The notes: generated by a model not told the origin, from the letters alone. A stretch of 64,000 nt of DNA from Cyanophora paradoxa CCMP329 (GCA_004431415.1 QPMI01000444.1:62001-126000); one strand, 5' to 3'; shown: positions 11,701 through 24,436, counted from the stretch's first letter. Program-made: numbers and translations.

Positions 11701-14700
11701 CCTCCGGGGAAAGCTCGGCGTGGGCGTTGCGCATCGCCTGCACGGCCATCGTGCAGAGCAGGAGCACCTGGCGGCGAGGGGCGGGCGGGCGGGCGAGCGA
11801 GTCAGGTCGCGGAGGGCGCGGCTCCAGTTTAGTGTAAGGAAGGGGGCACCTGGAGCTCGAAGACGGCCCACTCCCACTCCGACTCGCCGGCCAGCAGCGC
11901 CGCCGGCGGCGCCGGCGCGGGGATCGCCGAGGGGGGCGCGAGGGGGTGCTCGCCCCGCGGGGCGGCGGCGGCGGCGGCGGCCTCGGCCTCGGCGTGGGCC
12001 TGGGCGGGGTCGAAGGCGGGGCCGACGTCGGGGGGCACGTGCAGGGACTCGAGGGCGGCGAGGAGGCCGCCCGAGCCCGCCAGCACGTCGTGCTCGCACC
12101 GCCGGTAAGTCATGCTGCCGGGTCGTCAGCTGTGTTATGTCGAGTCCGAGTTCCGAGGCAGCAGCCTGCGTGCACGCACCAGAGGAGGGCCTTGAGGGTC
12201 GCTGCGCGGACCTCGGGGCTGGCGGGGGCGGCAGGGGAGGGGAGGCCGAGCCCCCGCGGGCTGGCCAGCGCCTGCGTCCCCTGCGGCCGCAGCGAGGCGA
12301 CGAGCTGCGAGGCGAGCGCCGCGAAGGCCTCCGAGACCCGTCGCTGCTCCGCCGGGCCGCTGCGTGGCGTCAGAGCCGAAGAGCGCGCGATGAAACGGAG
12401 GGGAAGGCACCAGCAGAGGACGCCGCCGGCGAAGGAGTCGCCGCGGAGGGCGTGGGCGAGGACGCGGAGGACGCCGACGCGGAGCTGCCAGTCCCGCGGA
12501 TCGGCCGGCAGGCCCGAGGGCGGCAGCGCCAGCAGCGCCGAGAAGAGCGCCAGGCCGTCCGCCCGCCGCCGCGCCAGCGCCTCGCGCCGCTCCAGCGCGC
12601 CGGCCATCGCGGGGGCGTCCAGGCCCCACTCGGAGACGAAGCGCGCCGCCTCCTCGGGCAGGTTCGCGGGGCGTCGCCCTCGGCCGGGCAGGGCGGCGCC
12701 GCGACGGAGGCGGCCGGCGGGGCGCCCGAGCGGAGGACGCGGGAGCACTCGGCGAGGAGCTTGTCCCGCTCGACGCCCTCCGAGCGCGTTCGCGCCGGCG
12801 GCAGCAGCGCGTGCACCGCCCGCGCCTGCCCGTGGCTCGGGCCGTGCCCGTGGCCGTGGGAGTGGGAGTGGGAATGGGAATGGGAGTGGGCGTGCGGGGC
12901 GGCGGCGGGGAGCGGGTCGCGGAGGGCCAGGAGAAGGCGGGCCCGGCGGACGAGCCCCTCGGCGTCCTGCGCGTAGCGGCCCCGCGCGGGGCCCTCCTCG
13001 GCCGCCCCGCGCGCCGTGCTCCGCCGCACCAGCGCCACGCGCGCCCCGTGCGCCCGCCGCACCGCCGCCGCGAGGCCCTCGGGCGGGTCCCCCGGAGCGA
13101 GGGCGCCGCCCGCGAGGAAGCGGTTGAAGCAGGCCTCGGCGGCCTCGGCCAGGCCGGCCGCCTCCGCCTCCTCGGGCGCCGGTCCGTACTTCAGCGCCGC
13201 CGCCAGCGCCGCCCGCTCCGCGTCGTCCACTGCGGCCGGCCGTCAGAGGCCGGAGGGGCGGAGGGGAGGCTAGGGGCAGGGGGAGGGCCGCGCACCGAGG
13301 GCGGCGCCGGGCCCGACGGCGGCGGCGGCGAGCTGCTCGCTGGCGGAGAGGCAGGCGGCGCGCAGGGCGCGAACCCAGGCCCGCGCCGGCTCGTCCCCCT
13401 CCAGCAGCCGCCACAGGAAGCCATCCGCCGGCGGCGCCGCGGAGGGGGAGGCGCCGGCCGGCGCGGCGGCGGCGCGGTCGAGGCGGGCGGCGGCCTGGAA
13501 GAAGAGGGGCCGGTCGAGCCAGTAGCGCGCGGCCTGCTCCTCGCCGCTGCCGCCCGCCCGCGAGACCAGCGAGCCCGCGCGCTGCGGCGGGGCAGGGTGG
13601 GACGACAGCGGAGGCGAGAGGGGGCGCGGGGGAGCGGGCGCACGCGGGCGAGGCACTCGAGGGCGCGGAGGCGCTGCTCGGAGGGCCACTGCCACTCGTC
13701 GCAGGGGCCCACCGCCGGCCGCAGCACGACCCGCACGTGGCGCCCCGCCGGGGCCAGCGAGGCGGCCCCCGCGTCGAAGCCGGCGAGGGGCTGCGGCAGG
13801 GGCGCGGAGGCGGCGGGGGCGAGCGGGGGGCCTCGGGGAGGCGTCGGGGCCGACGGTGCGCCCCCGACGACGAGGACGGGCGCCGCCTCGTCCTCCTCGA
13901 GGGCCGGCGGCTGCGCGTCCGCCACCAGCGTCGCCGAGCCCTGCCCCGCCCGCCCCGCTGAGCAAGGGACGGGGAGCGGGGCGGGGCGGGTGGAAGGGGG
14001 CGGGCGGACGCCGAGGAGGCCGACGGCGAGGTGGAGGGGCGTGGCGCCCGAGGCGACGTCGGCCCCGAAGACGCCGAGCTCCTCCCCGCCCACCACCTCC
14101 CCGTTCCGCAGCATCCGCAGCTGCCCCCCGCCCGCCCCGCTCAGGCCGGCCGGCGCGCGCGGGCGGGCGGGCGGGGGGAGGGGCGGACGCGGCGGGCGCC
14201 GTAGTCGACGAGGAGGCCGACGGAGTCGCCGGAGCCGAAGGTGGCGGCGGGGGCGGCGCTCTCCATCGCCGCGTCCGTGTCCCGCCCCGCGAAGCGCTCC
14301 CCGTGCTGCACCCAGAAGAAGCGCATGTGGCGCAGCGCCGACTGCAGGAACCGCGGCTCCGAGGCGCCGGCGGCGAGCCCGACGAGGGCCGCCGTGGAGC
14401 CCCCGAGGCGGACCTCGCAGTAGGCGCGCCCCGCGCTCGCGAGCGGCTGCTGCGAGAAGAAGACGAGCTGCCGCGAGACGCTGCTCGGCGCCGTCCGCAC
14501 CACCGTCCGCCCCGCCGCCTGCGCCTCGTAGGCCCCCGTCCCCGCCCCGAACCGCTCGCTCGCCGCGTCCGCCGAGATCGCCGAGGGCGCCTCGTGCGCG
14601 GGGGCGGCCGCCGGCGCGGGGGACGAGCCCGGGGGAGCCGACCCCGACGCCGACGCCGAGCCCGAGCCCGAGGCGGGGGCGGCGGCGGGGCGGCGGGGGC

Positions 14701-17700
14701 GGCGCCGGGGGCCGCGGGGCGGTGGCGGGGAGGCCCGGGACGACGAAGGAGCCGCCGAGGACGGCGGGGGGCTGGCGCGGGGCGGCGCGCGGGCCGACGG
14801 TGACATGCACGCGGACGCGGCGCTCGTGGCGGAGCGTGCGGATCGCGAGGGAGCCGTCCGTGGGCACCAGCCGCCCCGTCGCCGCGCTCCGGATCACGGC
14901 GGCCTGCCGGCCCTCCAGCCCCGCCACCCGCACCCTGCGCGGCACGCGTCGGCACGAGCGACGCGGCGAGAAAGAGGGGAAACGGGGCGGACAGGAAGGG
15001 CGGGGCGGGGTCGGAGGGGGCGGCGGCGCCCTCGACGGAGGCGGAGACGTCGAGGTCGTGGAAGGGCAGGGCGGGCCCCGCCTGGAGTACGACCTCGCCC
15101 TCCGCCTCCAGCTCGCCCGCCAGCGGCACCGCGAAGCAGCGCTCGGCCGCCCGCTGCGCCGCCACCGCCGCCGCGCGCTCGCCGGCGCAGCGCGCGTGCA
15201 CCCGCGCCGCCGCGTCGCCCCAGGCCCCCGCCAGGGCCAGGATCGCCGCCGCCTCCCGCGCGTCCGACGGCTCGGCCGCCGCCCACAGCGCGGGAGGCAG
15301 GCCCCGGGGAGGCCCGAGCGGAGCAGGCGGATCCAGTCGGCGGCGCGGCGGGCCGGCTGCTGGGCCTCGGGGGCGGTTCGCGGGAGCGCAGCGCAGAACG
15401 CTGCGACGAGGTCGGCGCTGGCGGCCGCCGCCCGCGCCACGTACGTGCGGAGCAGAAGCGAGGCGGGGTCGGCCCCGTCGCCCTGCTCGGCGCTCGGCGC
15501 CGGGGCCGGGGCCGGGGCCGGGGCTTCGCGGTCGGGCCCGACGGCGGCGGCGAGGAGGGAGGGCTGGAAGTAGCGCGCAAGGAGGCGGACGGCGGGCGCG
15601 CAGGCGGCGAGGGCGGCCCAGGGGTCCGAGGCCGGCCACGCCCGGAGCGCCGCGAGGAGGGGCCCCGCGGCGGCCTCGAGGGCGGCGGAGAGGAGGGGCG
15701 GGAGCTCGTCCGGGGAGGGGCAGAGGGCGGCGAGGGCGCGCCCCGCCGCCGCCGACGGCTGCAGCACCGACGCCGCGCACTCGAGCACCGGCGCGAGGAG
15801 CGCCGGCTCGGAGCTCGCCGAGGCGGAGGCGGCGGCGGCGGCGGCGGCGGGGAGGAGGCGGGCGAGGAGGGAGAGGACGTGGCGGGGCTCGCAGAAGGCG
15901 GTGGGGAGGGCGGCCCGCAGGGCGGCGAAGGCCTCCTCGCGGAGCGGGGCGGCCGGGGAGCGCAGCAGGCCGAGGAGCGCCGCCTCGAGGCGCGCCACGA
16001 AGTCGTCCCGGAAGGCCGGCGGGGCGCCCAACGAGGTGACGTCCGCCCCGTGCAGGCTCAGCTGCTGCAGCTGCGCGTGCAGGAGGCGCAGCGCCTGGCC
16101 CGCCAGCGTCTCGAGGGGCCCGCGGGGCGCCGCCGGCTGCTTGCCCTTGGGGCGCGGGGCCGGCGCGGCCGCCTGGAGCTCCTCCAGGACGCCGAGGAGG
16201 CGGTCGAGGGAGCGGAGGGAGAGGTCGACGGCGAAGGGGCGCAGGCGGGGGGTGCCCTCCCCGAAGTCCGGCGCGTAGCGCGCCCAGGGGTCCGAGGCCG
16301 ACGGGCTGCAGGAGGCGGCCAGGGCGGCGGCCGCGGCGGCGGCGGAGGAGGCCGGGGGCGCGAAGGGGTCGCTCGCGGCGCAGCGGCGCGCGGTGAAGCA
16401 GGCGAGGGCGTCGGGGCGGGCGGGGCGGGAGGGCCCGGCGGGGCGGCAGGTGGCGAGGAGGGGCGCGGCGTCGCGGGCGGGGGCGGTGAGGGTGAGGTCG
16501 GTGGGCGAGGCGGCCCAGCCGCGGGCGCGGCCCTCCTCCGTGAGGCGCAGGGCGGAGCGGTCCGGGGAGAAGAGGGCGACGGGCCCGCCCCGCTGCTCGC
16601 CGTCCACCTCCAGGGCGACGGAGAGCCAGTCGCGGCACATCAGGTAGAAGTAGCGGAGGCGGAAGCGCAGGCGCGGCGCCCCGCCCGCCTCGCCCCGCGA
16701 GCGGTACGGGTCCTCCCCAAGCGCCGTCGGCCGCGCCCGCATCGTCGTCTGGGGGGAGGGAGAGAAGTCAGATGGGAAGCGGAGGAGGCTAAGGGAGGCG
16801 GGGCGGGGGCGCCTCGGCGTTGTAGATGCGGACGACGACGCGGGGCCGGTGGACGAGGACGCCGCGGCGCATCGCCGCCCGCCCGTACGCGCTCCGCGGC
16901 GTCGCGAAGGGCGAGGCGAGGCGCGCCGCGTGCGCCAGGAGCGCGGCGGCGGCGGCCCACGCCTCGGCCGCCGCCTCGGCCGCGGGGCCCGGGGCGGCGG
17001 GGGCGCCGAGCTCCGAGGGCGGCGGGGCGGGCCCCCACTCGGCCACCTCGCCGGCCTCGCCGTCCCCGGGGCGGGGCCGGCCCCTGCAGAAGGGGCTCGC
17101 GGGGTCCGGGAGGCCCCCGTTGGGGAAGAATGCGACGCCGGCCTCGGGCGGGGCGGCGCCCTGCTGCGCCCCCCCGCGCTCGCGCTCCGCCAGCGCCGCC
17201 GTCGCCGCGTACAGCGACGAGGCCGCCGAGGAGGCCGTCGAGGGCGCCGGGAAGAGCGGCATGGGGCCCAGCGGCACCTCCCCCGCCCCCGCCCCCGCCC
17301 GCGCCTCCTCCCCGTCGCTCTCGTCCCCATCGGGCCCCGGGGCGGGCACCGCCGCAACGGCGGCTGCGGCGGGGGCGGGCGGGGCAGGGCCGCCCTCCTC
17401 GCCCTCCTCGCCGCCCCAGCAGTCCGGGTCCACGGACATGCCCCAGTCGGAGCCGTCCCCGCCCCGCGCCGCCTCCGCCGCCGCGCCGGCCGCCGCCACC
17501 GACGCCCGGATGGCCGAGGCGATGCCGGGGGGGTACGCCCCGAGGAGGGCGAGCCGGACGCCGGCGACGCAGACGCGGTTGCGGTACCAGTCGTAGCAGA
17601 AGGCGGGCGAGCCGTCCAGGGCGCAGGGCGGGTGGGAGGCGAAGGAGAGGGGCGGGGCGCGCGGGGCGGCCAGGGAGAGGCGCCAGACGTAATGCAGGGG

Positions 17701-19835
17701 GCCCCCCGCCGTGTCAGGCAGCACCAGCACCATCTACCGCCCGCGTCAGAACTATTCTCGAGGGGAAGAAGAGAGGGGGCTGGAGGCACCTCCTGTCCGT
17801 TCGTGTAGGCGCGCGCGCGGCGGCGGCGCTCGTCCGTCAGCTTGCCGAAGGAGCCCCCGAGGGCGGCCCCCGCTGCACAGGGAGGTGAGCGGCCGGAGGC
17901 GGACCGGTCTAGAGGACGGGGATACCGTCGAGGGGAACGGCGCGGGCGATGACGGCGCGCGGGGCGCGGGAGCGGGGGGCCTCGAGGGAGATCTCGAGGG
18001 CCGTGATGGAGCCGGCGAGGCCCTGCGCAGGAGACGCCCGCGCGCGTCGGGCGGGGCGGGGCGAGGCGCCGGCGGGCGAGGGGCAGGCACCTCGGGGTCG
18101 GAAGTGGCGAGGAGGTAGAGCGCGGGCCCCGCCCCGCAGACGGAGAAAGGGTAGCGCGCCTCGGGGGGCAGGAGCAGGCGCAGCTCGTCCGAGGGGCCCG
18201 CGCCGCCGTCCCCCGCCACCAGCGGCACACGCGCCGCCACCTGCGCGCCCGCTCGCCCGTGCGCGCCGCGGCGCAGGGGGCACACGGGGATACAGGGCAC
18301 GCACGGCGAGGGAGACGGGATCGACGAAGAGCAGGCGGCCGAGGACGGGGGCGGGGGTGGGGGCGTTAGGGGCGGGGGCGGCGGCTCGCGCGGCGTGCGC
18401 CGGCGCGGCGAATGCGACGAGGGTCCCGTGCGCGTACGCGAGGCCGAAGGGGCCCCCGTGCCTGCCCCGCCCGTCAGCCGGTGAGGGTGGGAAGGGGGGG
18501 GCGGGGGGCGTACCAGGAGTCCTCGGCGGGGCGCGGGGTCTCGGCGGCGGGGGCGGCGGCAGGGGCGGCGGGGGGCGGGATCCGCACGGAGGCGTTGGAG
18601 GCGAGGCGGTCGAGAGCGACGGGGCCGAGGGAGGGGGCCGGGGCGCGGCGGTGCGCGCGGGCGGCGCCGGCGGCGGGAGGGGCAGGCCCTTGTGCAGCCC
18701 CGCGCGGTCCAGCGTGTAGACGTGCCGCGGGCCCACCGCCACAGCGCACTCCAGCACCGCCGCATCCATCGCGGCGTCCCGCGCCGCGCCCCCCCGCGAC
18801 CGGCTCCCCGCTGCCGCCGCCGTCAGCGCGCCGGCGGCGGGGGCGGCGGGCGGGGCGGCGCACAAGTGATGGCGCGCAGCAGCTCCTCTCCGGGCGCCTC
18901 GAGCGAGCGCTGCACCTGGCGCCCGCGGAGCGCCGCCTCCACGGAGACGGGCGCGGCGCCGGCGGGGCGCGGCGGGGGCAGGCCGCGGCGCGCCGCCCTG
19001 AGGGCCGCCTGCACGCACGCGGCGACATCGCCGACGCGGCCCGTCGCGAGCGCGAGCGAGGCCAGGGCGGAGACGCCGTCCCAGTCGTCGGCCGCGTCGC
19101 CGGGCCGGTCGGCGCGGGGCTCCAGCGCCGCGGCAATGCGGTCGAGCGGCGCGTGCACGGGGTCGCCGCCCTCGCCGTCGGCGTCCGCCGGGGCGAGGGA
19201 GAGCGGTCCGGAGGCGCGCAGGAAGGCCCGCAGCAGCGCCGGCTGCTGCGAAAGGACGTCCAGGAACGCGACCTCGCGGCGGCCCTCGCGCGTGTCCCCT
19301 TCCCCGCTCCAGTCGACGGTCCTTGTCTCCTCGATGCTCCGCCGCAAAATGAACTCCGTTCGGCTCACTCCGAAGAGCAGCACGTTCTGAGGCGGGTGCG
19401 TAAGCGAACGCGCGAGGCGTGTGCTCCCCGACGAAGCGCGCCCTCATTCTAGCGATTCCCTAACGCTTTGAACAATTATCGTGAAGCGCTAGTGGCGCCA
19501 GACAGCGGCGGGCGGCTGGCGAGCGCTCAGATGGACGCGCACGGGAGGCAGGTCCTCGCCGACATTCTTCGCCTGGTGATGCTGCGGGACAGTCAGGGAA
19601 CCGCGAAGAGCTAGAATGCTCAGTGATCGTGTCTACAACGATCACTCGACACGGATCAGCGCGCTGGCGACTCGCGCACCCAGACCCGTAGCGCTGTGGA
19701 GACGGGAACCGATGTATACGAAGGCAAGAGTACATGCAGTTGTGGCCGGATAGTCGAAGTTTGTGCGGCCGCGTACGCTGACGTGCGGAAGTACGCGGTG
19801 GACACGAAGGACTCATAATCGTCCATCGGGTCCAT
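2761..19835 (-). CDS. Giant multi-exon HECT E3 ubiquitin ligase with SPRY domain (HERC/HECTD-like); start uncertain (19447-19835)
   Basis: HECT motifs GEEGVDMGGLFRETVS...LPLFAPTPN (~4000-4130), FVWGRSRLP and catalytic LPRAHTCFFQ|LDLPRYSS...KIWYAVTYC* (stop 2761). SPRY-like exon AGRAYCEVRLGG...FGSGDSVGLLVDY at 14200-14560. Exons run on the same strand up to ~19390; candidate first exon MDPMDDYESF at 19835. Confidence 0.85.
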
Positions 19836-20479
19836 CAGCGCGCCGAGGCGACGCCTCTCGCCTACGGCTGATGGCGCTACGGGGCGGCAAGCTGTGAAGC
19901 GCTTCGATCTCAAGTACCCTGCTCAGCTCACTCTACCCCCCCTTCTCCCCTTTCCGCCCCTCCCCTCCTCCTCCTCCGGCCGCCGCGTGCTGAGCAACGC
20001 GTGTAACACTGAGCCCAACCCAACGGCGATGACGCTACTAGAGTGCAACTTAGCGGAGGCCAATTTGCCGTGCCGCGCGAGAGCTGGCCGCTCGTTCTCG
20101 CGCGGCCGGCTCCTTTCCCCTTCCCATGAGCGGTGGCGATGATGACAGACGTTTGCCCGAGGCGCCTGCCGTCGAGCGGCGCTGGTGAAGGCACATTCCT
20201 TGCAATTGTGTTTACGTTTGATGCCGCGACGCTGTTTCGACGCACATTTTCTAGATCGGAGCCGCTGCGCCGCTGAGCGGCGCGCCTGGTTGCGAACTGC
20301 GGTCTTTACGACTGCATTCGCGAACCAGTAATCGCCCCCACTGCGCCCCATTCATCTTGCTTTTAGCAAAGGCCTAGACATCCCGAGGTCCGCATGCATT
20401 TGCCAGCGCACTGCCGGAGTCCGCATGCATTGCCGCATGCATCTAGAGCCCGCTAGATGCGAGCCTCGAGAAACGATCT

Positions 20480-21993
20480 TCAGACGTCGATGTAGCGCTT
20501 GATCGCGTCCTCGACCATCTTCGGGTGGCCGCCTGCGCGCCCGAGCCGGGGCCGGCGAGGTCAGGCGGCGGGTCCGGGCGAGCCCTCGAGCTCTTGCCAC
20601 CCGCGGCGGGGGATGCAACGCACGCCACTCGATGATGCCGTCCTTGACCAGCGCGGCCGCCGGGATGCCCTTCACCTGCGCGCGCGGGAACTCGAATCAG
20701 GACGGCCCGTCGAATTCGAATTCGAGGGCGGGGCGGGCGGGCGGGCGGGCGCACGCCGAAGCGCTTGGAGAGGCGGGCGTCCTCCTGGGCGACGGGGAAG
20801 GAGATGCTGTTCTCCGCGAGGAACTTCTCGACCAGCTCCTCCGTCGAGGGCGCCGTGATCTGCAGCGGGCCGGGCGGCGACGAGTCGGCCCTGGCCGGGG
20901 CGCAGGGAAAGAGCGGCGGGGCTCGCCTGGGTCAGGCCCAGGACGCGGAGCCCCTTGTCCCTCAGGCGCTGCGGGGCGGGGGCGGGGGGTCGGCGACAGG
21001 CGGCATGGCAGGGCGAACGACGCGGGGGAGGGGCGCGAATGCCCCCACCTCGAAGCGGCGGGACATCTCGGGCATCTCCCGCCGGCAGTGCGGGCTGCGG
21101 GGGAAGGCGGTGAGGGGCCCAAGCGGGCGCTGGGGCCGGGCGCGGGGCGGGGCGGGGTACGGCGCACCACCACTCCTCGAAGAAGAGGACGACGGTCACG
21201 CCCGGGTACACCTGCGCGCCGGATCGTGGGCCCGCGGGACGAGGGGCCCCGGCCGCAGCTCTCCCGGCGGGCGGCTGCGCACGCGCTTCTCCTTGCGGGC
21301 GAGCTTCGAGTCGGCGGCCCAGCCCTCCCAGATCTCCTCCCCCTGGATCCACTTCGCCAGCACGACGGGCCCGACCTGCGCGGAGGTGAGAATCCCGTCG
21401 GCGCCTTGAACCGTGCGCGGCCGGGCCGGGCCGGGGGGCGGCGGGGGGCGGACCTGGCGGCCCACTGCCTCGTAGCCGACCTGCATCTTCCCGGCGACGC
21501 TCGCCAGCGGCGAGTCGGGGTAGTTCTTCTGCAGCTCGATCGCCGCCTCGCGCGCCTCCTTGAACTGCGGAAGCGGGCGCGTCTCGACCCGGATCGGAAG
21601 CCCGACGGGCGAGGGTCGCGCGCGCACCTGGAAATCTTTCTGATAGCCGATCATCTTGTCGAAGAGCGCGTCCGCTGCGTCCAAGTCGGCCTCCGAAAGC
21701 TCTGCATCCGCGGCCAGCGCCGGCCGCTGCGCAGCTACCGCGCCCGCAGCCGCAGCTAGAGCGGCGGCGAAGGCACGCCGGCCGAGCGCGTTGGCGGCTT
21801 CCGCGCTGGAAGCCTCAGAAGAGGCGGCGACTGAGAACTCGACCGCGCGTTGCGGCCGGGCCACCTTCGGGGCCGGCGGGGCGCTGAGGAAGCCAGACCG
21901 GAGAGTCGGCGACGCGGCCACACCGCCGGAGAAGGCTCCTGATGCGCGGCTGGGCGCGGAGGCCGCCAAAACGGCGCAAACGCTGAACGCCAT
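20480..21993 (-). CDS. TlpA/ResA-like thioredoxin-fold protein (WCPHC) with plastid transit peptide and twin-arginine thylakoid signal
   Basis: MAFSVCAVLAASAPSRAS... (Ser/Ala-rich) precedes RRAFAAALAAAAGAVAAQRPALA (RR, hydrophobic stretch, AxA). Spliced core VTVVLFFEEWC|PHCRREMPEM...GLRVLGLTQ...ISFPVAQED...KGIPAAALVKDG...AIKRYIDV*. Confidence 0.8.
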
Positions 21994-22073
21994 CGAGGAG
22001 GAGTGACCGCAGCAGCGAGTCAGCTGTACCCCCACCGGGACGACGCAGCCGCCCACGCAGCGCCGTCGCAGGC
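21994..22073. promoter_or_regulatory. Putative bidirectional promoter/5'UTR region
   Basis: Only 80 bp separate the divergent ATGs at 21993 (-) and 22074 (+). Confidence 0.45.
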
Positions 22074-23507
22074 ATGCAGCACGCATGGGTCGTAGCGTGC
22101 CAACCGGCTGGATCGGAATTGACCGGCGTCCGCGCCTCCCGACTGGATGCATCACGCTGTCCTCTCCGGCAATCGGTCGGGCCCGCAAGCCTCGGCCGTC
22201 GGACATTTGAGGCCGGGTCCGCCGGATTGACACGGCGGCTGCCGTCCGTACGCGCGCTGAGCCAGCGGACGCGGAGGAGACAGTTCGAAGTGGTCCGCTG
22301 CGACGCCGCGGGCGACGGGGCGGGCGGCCAGGCGTTTCAGGCAGCGCATGTCCAAGACGATGGCTGCGCCGCTGCCGCGGACGTATTCCGCGGGGACGCG
22401 AGCGCGGCCTCTCCCGCGCGGTCGCGAAGCGCCGTGGACCTGCTCAAGGCGCTCTGGGCCTTCACGCGCCCCCACACGATCTACGGCACGACGCTCTCCA
22501 TCTGCTGCACGTCCGCCCTGGCCCTGAACTCGGCCCCGGCCCTCTCTCTGCGCGTACGCGCCCCGCTCCCTCTCCCGCCCCGCCCGCCGGCCGGCCGGCC
22601 CACGCCGGAGGCAGGTCTGGGGCATGCTGGCGGTCGGCCTCGCGTGCGGCCTCCTTTCGAACGTCGCCATCACGGGCCTCAATCAGATCTAGTGCGCCGC
22701 CCCGCCCCGCGTGCCGCGTGCGCGTCTCCCGCCGCCGCTGAGCCGCGCGCGCCGCGCGGCGCCCCGCCCCGCAGCGACGTGGAGATCGACAAGATCAACA
22801 AGCCGTACCTGCCGATCGCCTCGGGCGCGCTCTCGCCCCCCGAGGCGAACCGCATCGTGGGGGCGGCGACCCTCCTCGCCGCCGCCCTCTCCTTCGCCCC
22901 CGCGCTCTTCGCCGGCCCCGCCCTCGCCCCCGCCTCGCCCGCCCTCCCCGCCACCATCGTCTTCTCCCTGCTGCTCGGCTTCGCCTACTCGGCGCCGCCC
23001 TTCCGCCTCAAGCGCTTCCCCCTCGCCGCCTCGCTCTGCATCTTCGTGGTCCGGGGCCTCGTCGCCAACCTCGGCTTCTTCGCGCACGCCCGCTGGGCCG
23101 CCGGCCTGCCCCTCTCCGGCGCCGCGCGGCCGCTCTCCTTCGCGGCGGGCGTCTTCAGCGCCTTTGGGCTCGTGATCGCGCTGCTGAAGGACGTGCCGGA
23201 CGTGGCGGGGGACCGGCAGCACCGCATCCGCTCCTTCGCGGTGCGCCTCGGCGAGCGGCCCGTCTTCGCCTTCTCCGTCGCCGCCCTCGCCGCGACCTAC
23301 GCCTATGGCTTCGTCGTCGCCGGCCTCCGCTCCCCCGTCGCCTGGTCGCGGACCCTCCAGTGCGCCGCCCACGCCGGCCTGGGCGCCCTCGCCCTCTGGC
23401 GCGCCCGCGGCGTCGAGCCGGCCTCCTCCGCCTCCGTCACCGCGTACTACATGTTCATGTGGAAGCTCTTCTACGCCGAGTACCTCCTCCTCCCTTTCTT
23501 CCGGTAG
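22074..23507 (+). CDS. VTE2: Homogentisate phytyltransferase (UbiA family, tocopherol synthesis), plastid-targeted
   Basis: FTRPHTIYGT, NQI|YDVEIDKINKPYLPIASG, KDVPDVAGD and C-terminal YYMFMWKLFYAEYLLLPFFR* (HPT-type rather than HST-type). Introns at ~22554-22614 and ~22692-22774. Confidence 0.9.
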   Translation: MQHAWVVACQPAGSELTGVRASRLDASRCPLRQSVGPASLGRRTFEAGSAGLTRRLPSVRALSQRTRRRQFEVVRCDAAGDGAGGQAFQAAHVQDDGCAAAADVFRGDASAASPARSRSAVDLLKALWAFTRPHTIYGTTLSICCTSALALNSAPALSLRVRAPLPLPPRPPAGRPTPEAGLGHAGGRPRVRPPFERRHHGPQSDLVRRPAPRAACASPAAAEPRAPRGAPPRSDVEIDKINKPYLPIASGALSPPEANRIVGAATLLAAALSFAPALFAGPALAPASPALPATIVFSLLLGFAYSAPPFRLKRFPLAASLCIFVVRGLVANLGFFAHARWAAGLPLSGAARPLSFAAGVFSAFGLVIALLKDVPDVAGDRQHRIRSFAVRLGERPVFAFSVAALAATYAYGFVVAGLRSPVAWSRTLQCAAHAGLGALALWRARGVEPASSASVTAYYMFMWKLFYAEYLLLPFFR

Positions 23508-24436
23508 CCCCCGGCGGGGCCGCGCCGCCCTCCCCTGCCCCGCCCAGCCCCCCCTCTCCAGCCCTCGCTTTTTTTCCTCTTCGTCGCCGCTACAGCACGC
23601 AGCAGCACGCCGCTTTCTCCACACAGTTTCCAGCACAATTAGAGGCTGTTGTTGTTAGGTACACGTATTTCCGAACTCGGCACCGTAGGGCGGTCGTAAC
23701 TTTTTAGTTGCCCCGCTTGCAATTGGGCCATGGCCATATGCTTGTTGTACTCTAGAAATTGGATACTTACCGAGTCTCCGACACCGTGGCCGTACGCGTT
23801 TGACCACCCTAGGCCTAGGTCTGGCCTGGAGATTGCCGGGGCCAGCCTGGCAGTTGATCGACGTTCGCTCTGCGACACTGTGACAGTGATCCGATGATCG
23901 CCCCGCCCCCGATCCGATCCGATGATCGCCGGGCCCCCGCGGCCGCGCCGCGCGCCCCGGCCCTGCCGCAGTGCATGCGCAGCTGGCCCCCGGCGCACTG
24001 CGGCACTGCGCCGCGGCGGCATGCCCCCGGCGGCGCCGGCCCCCCGGGCTCGGCCCAGGCCCCGGGCCCGGCCCGCGCCCCTCGAGCTCAGGGCCTTTTC
24101 GACTCCGGACGCGGCCGGCCGGCGGCGAATTCCCCTGGCGCATATGCACTGCGGCATGGCCTGGCGGCCCAGTGGCCATGGCGGGGCCCGGCGCGGCCGG
24201 CGCCCTTGATCATGATCATGACAAGTATCATAGTATAGCGCTAGCTATAGCTTATAATTAGCTTGTCCAGGTTGTCCTTGGCCATGGCCCATGGGCCCTC
24301 GGGCCCATACCGGGCCATACGGCCTCCCGGCCGCGGAGACTGGCCATGGCCATGGGCCGCAGACTAGTACTACGGTACTGGCCCGGGCCCCGGGCCCGGC
24401 GGCCCCGCGCGGCCCCGGAGTCCGTCGCACGTGCAC

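Noticed and set aside
13191-18230. 1679-aa ORF and many other long Arg/Pro/Gly-rich ORFs
   Set aside because: Stop-poor shadow frames of very GC-rich DNA; only parts coincide with real exons of the spliced genes.
23686-23811. TAGGGCGGTC...GACCACCCTA as a small hAT element
   Set aside because: The flanks (CGGCACCG versus GGCCTAGG) form no TSD, so support is insufficient.
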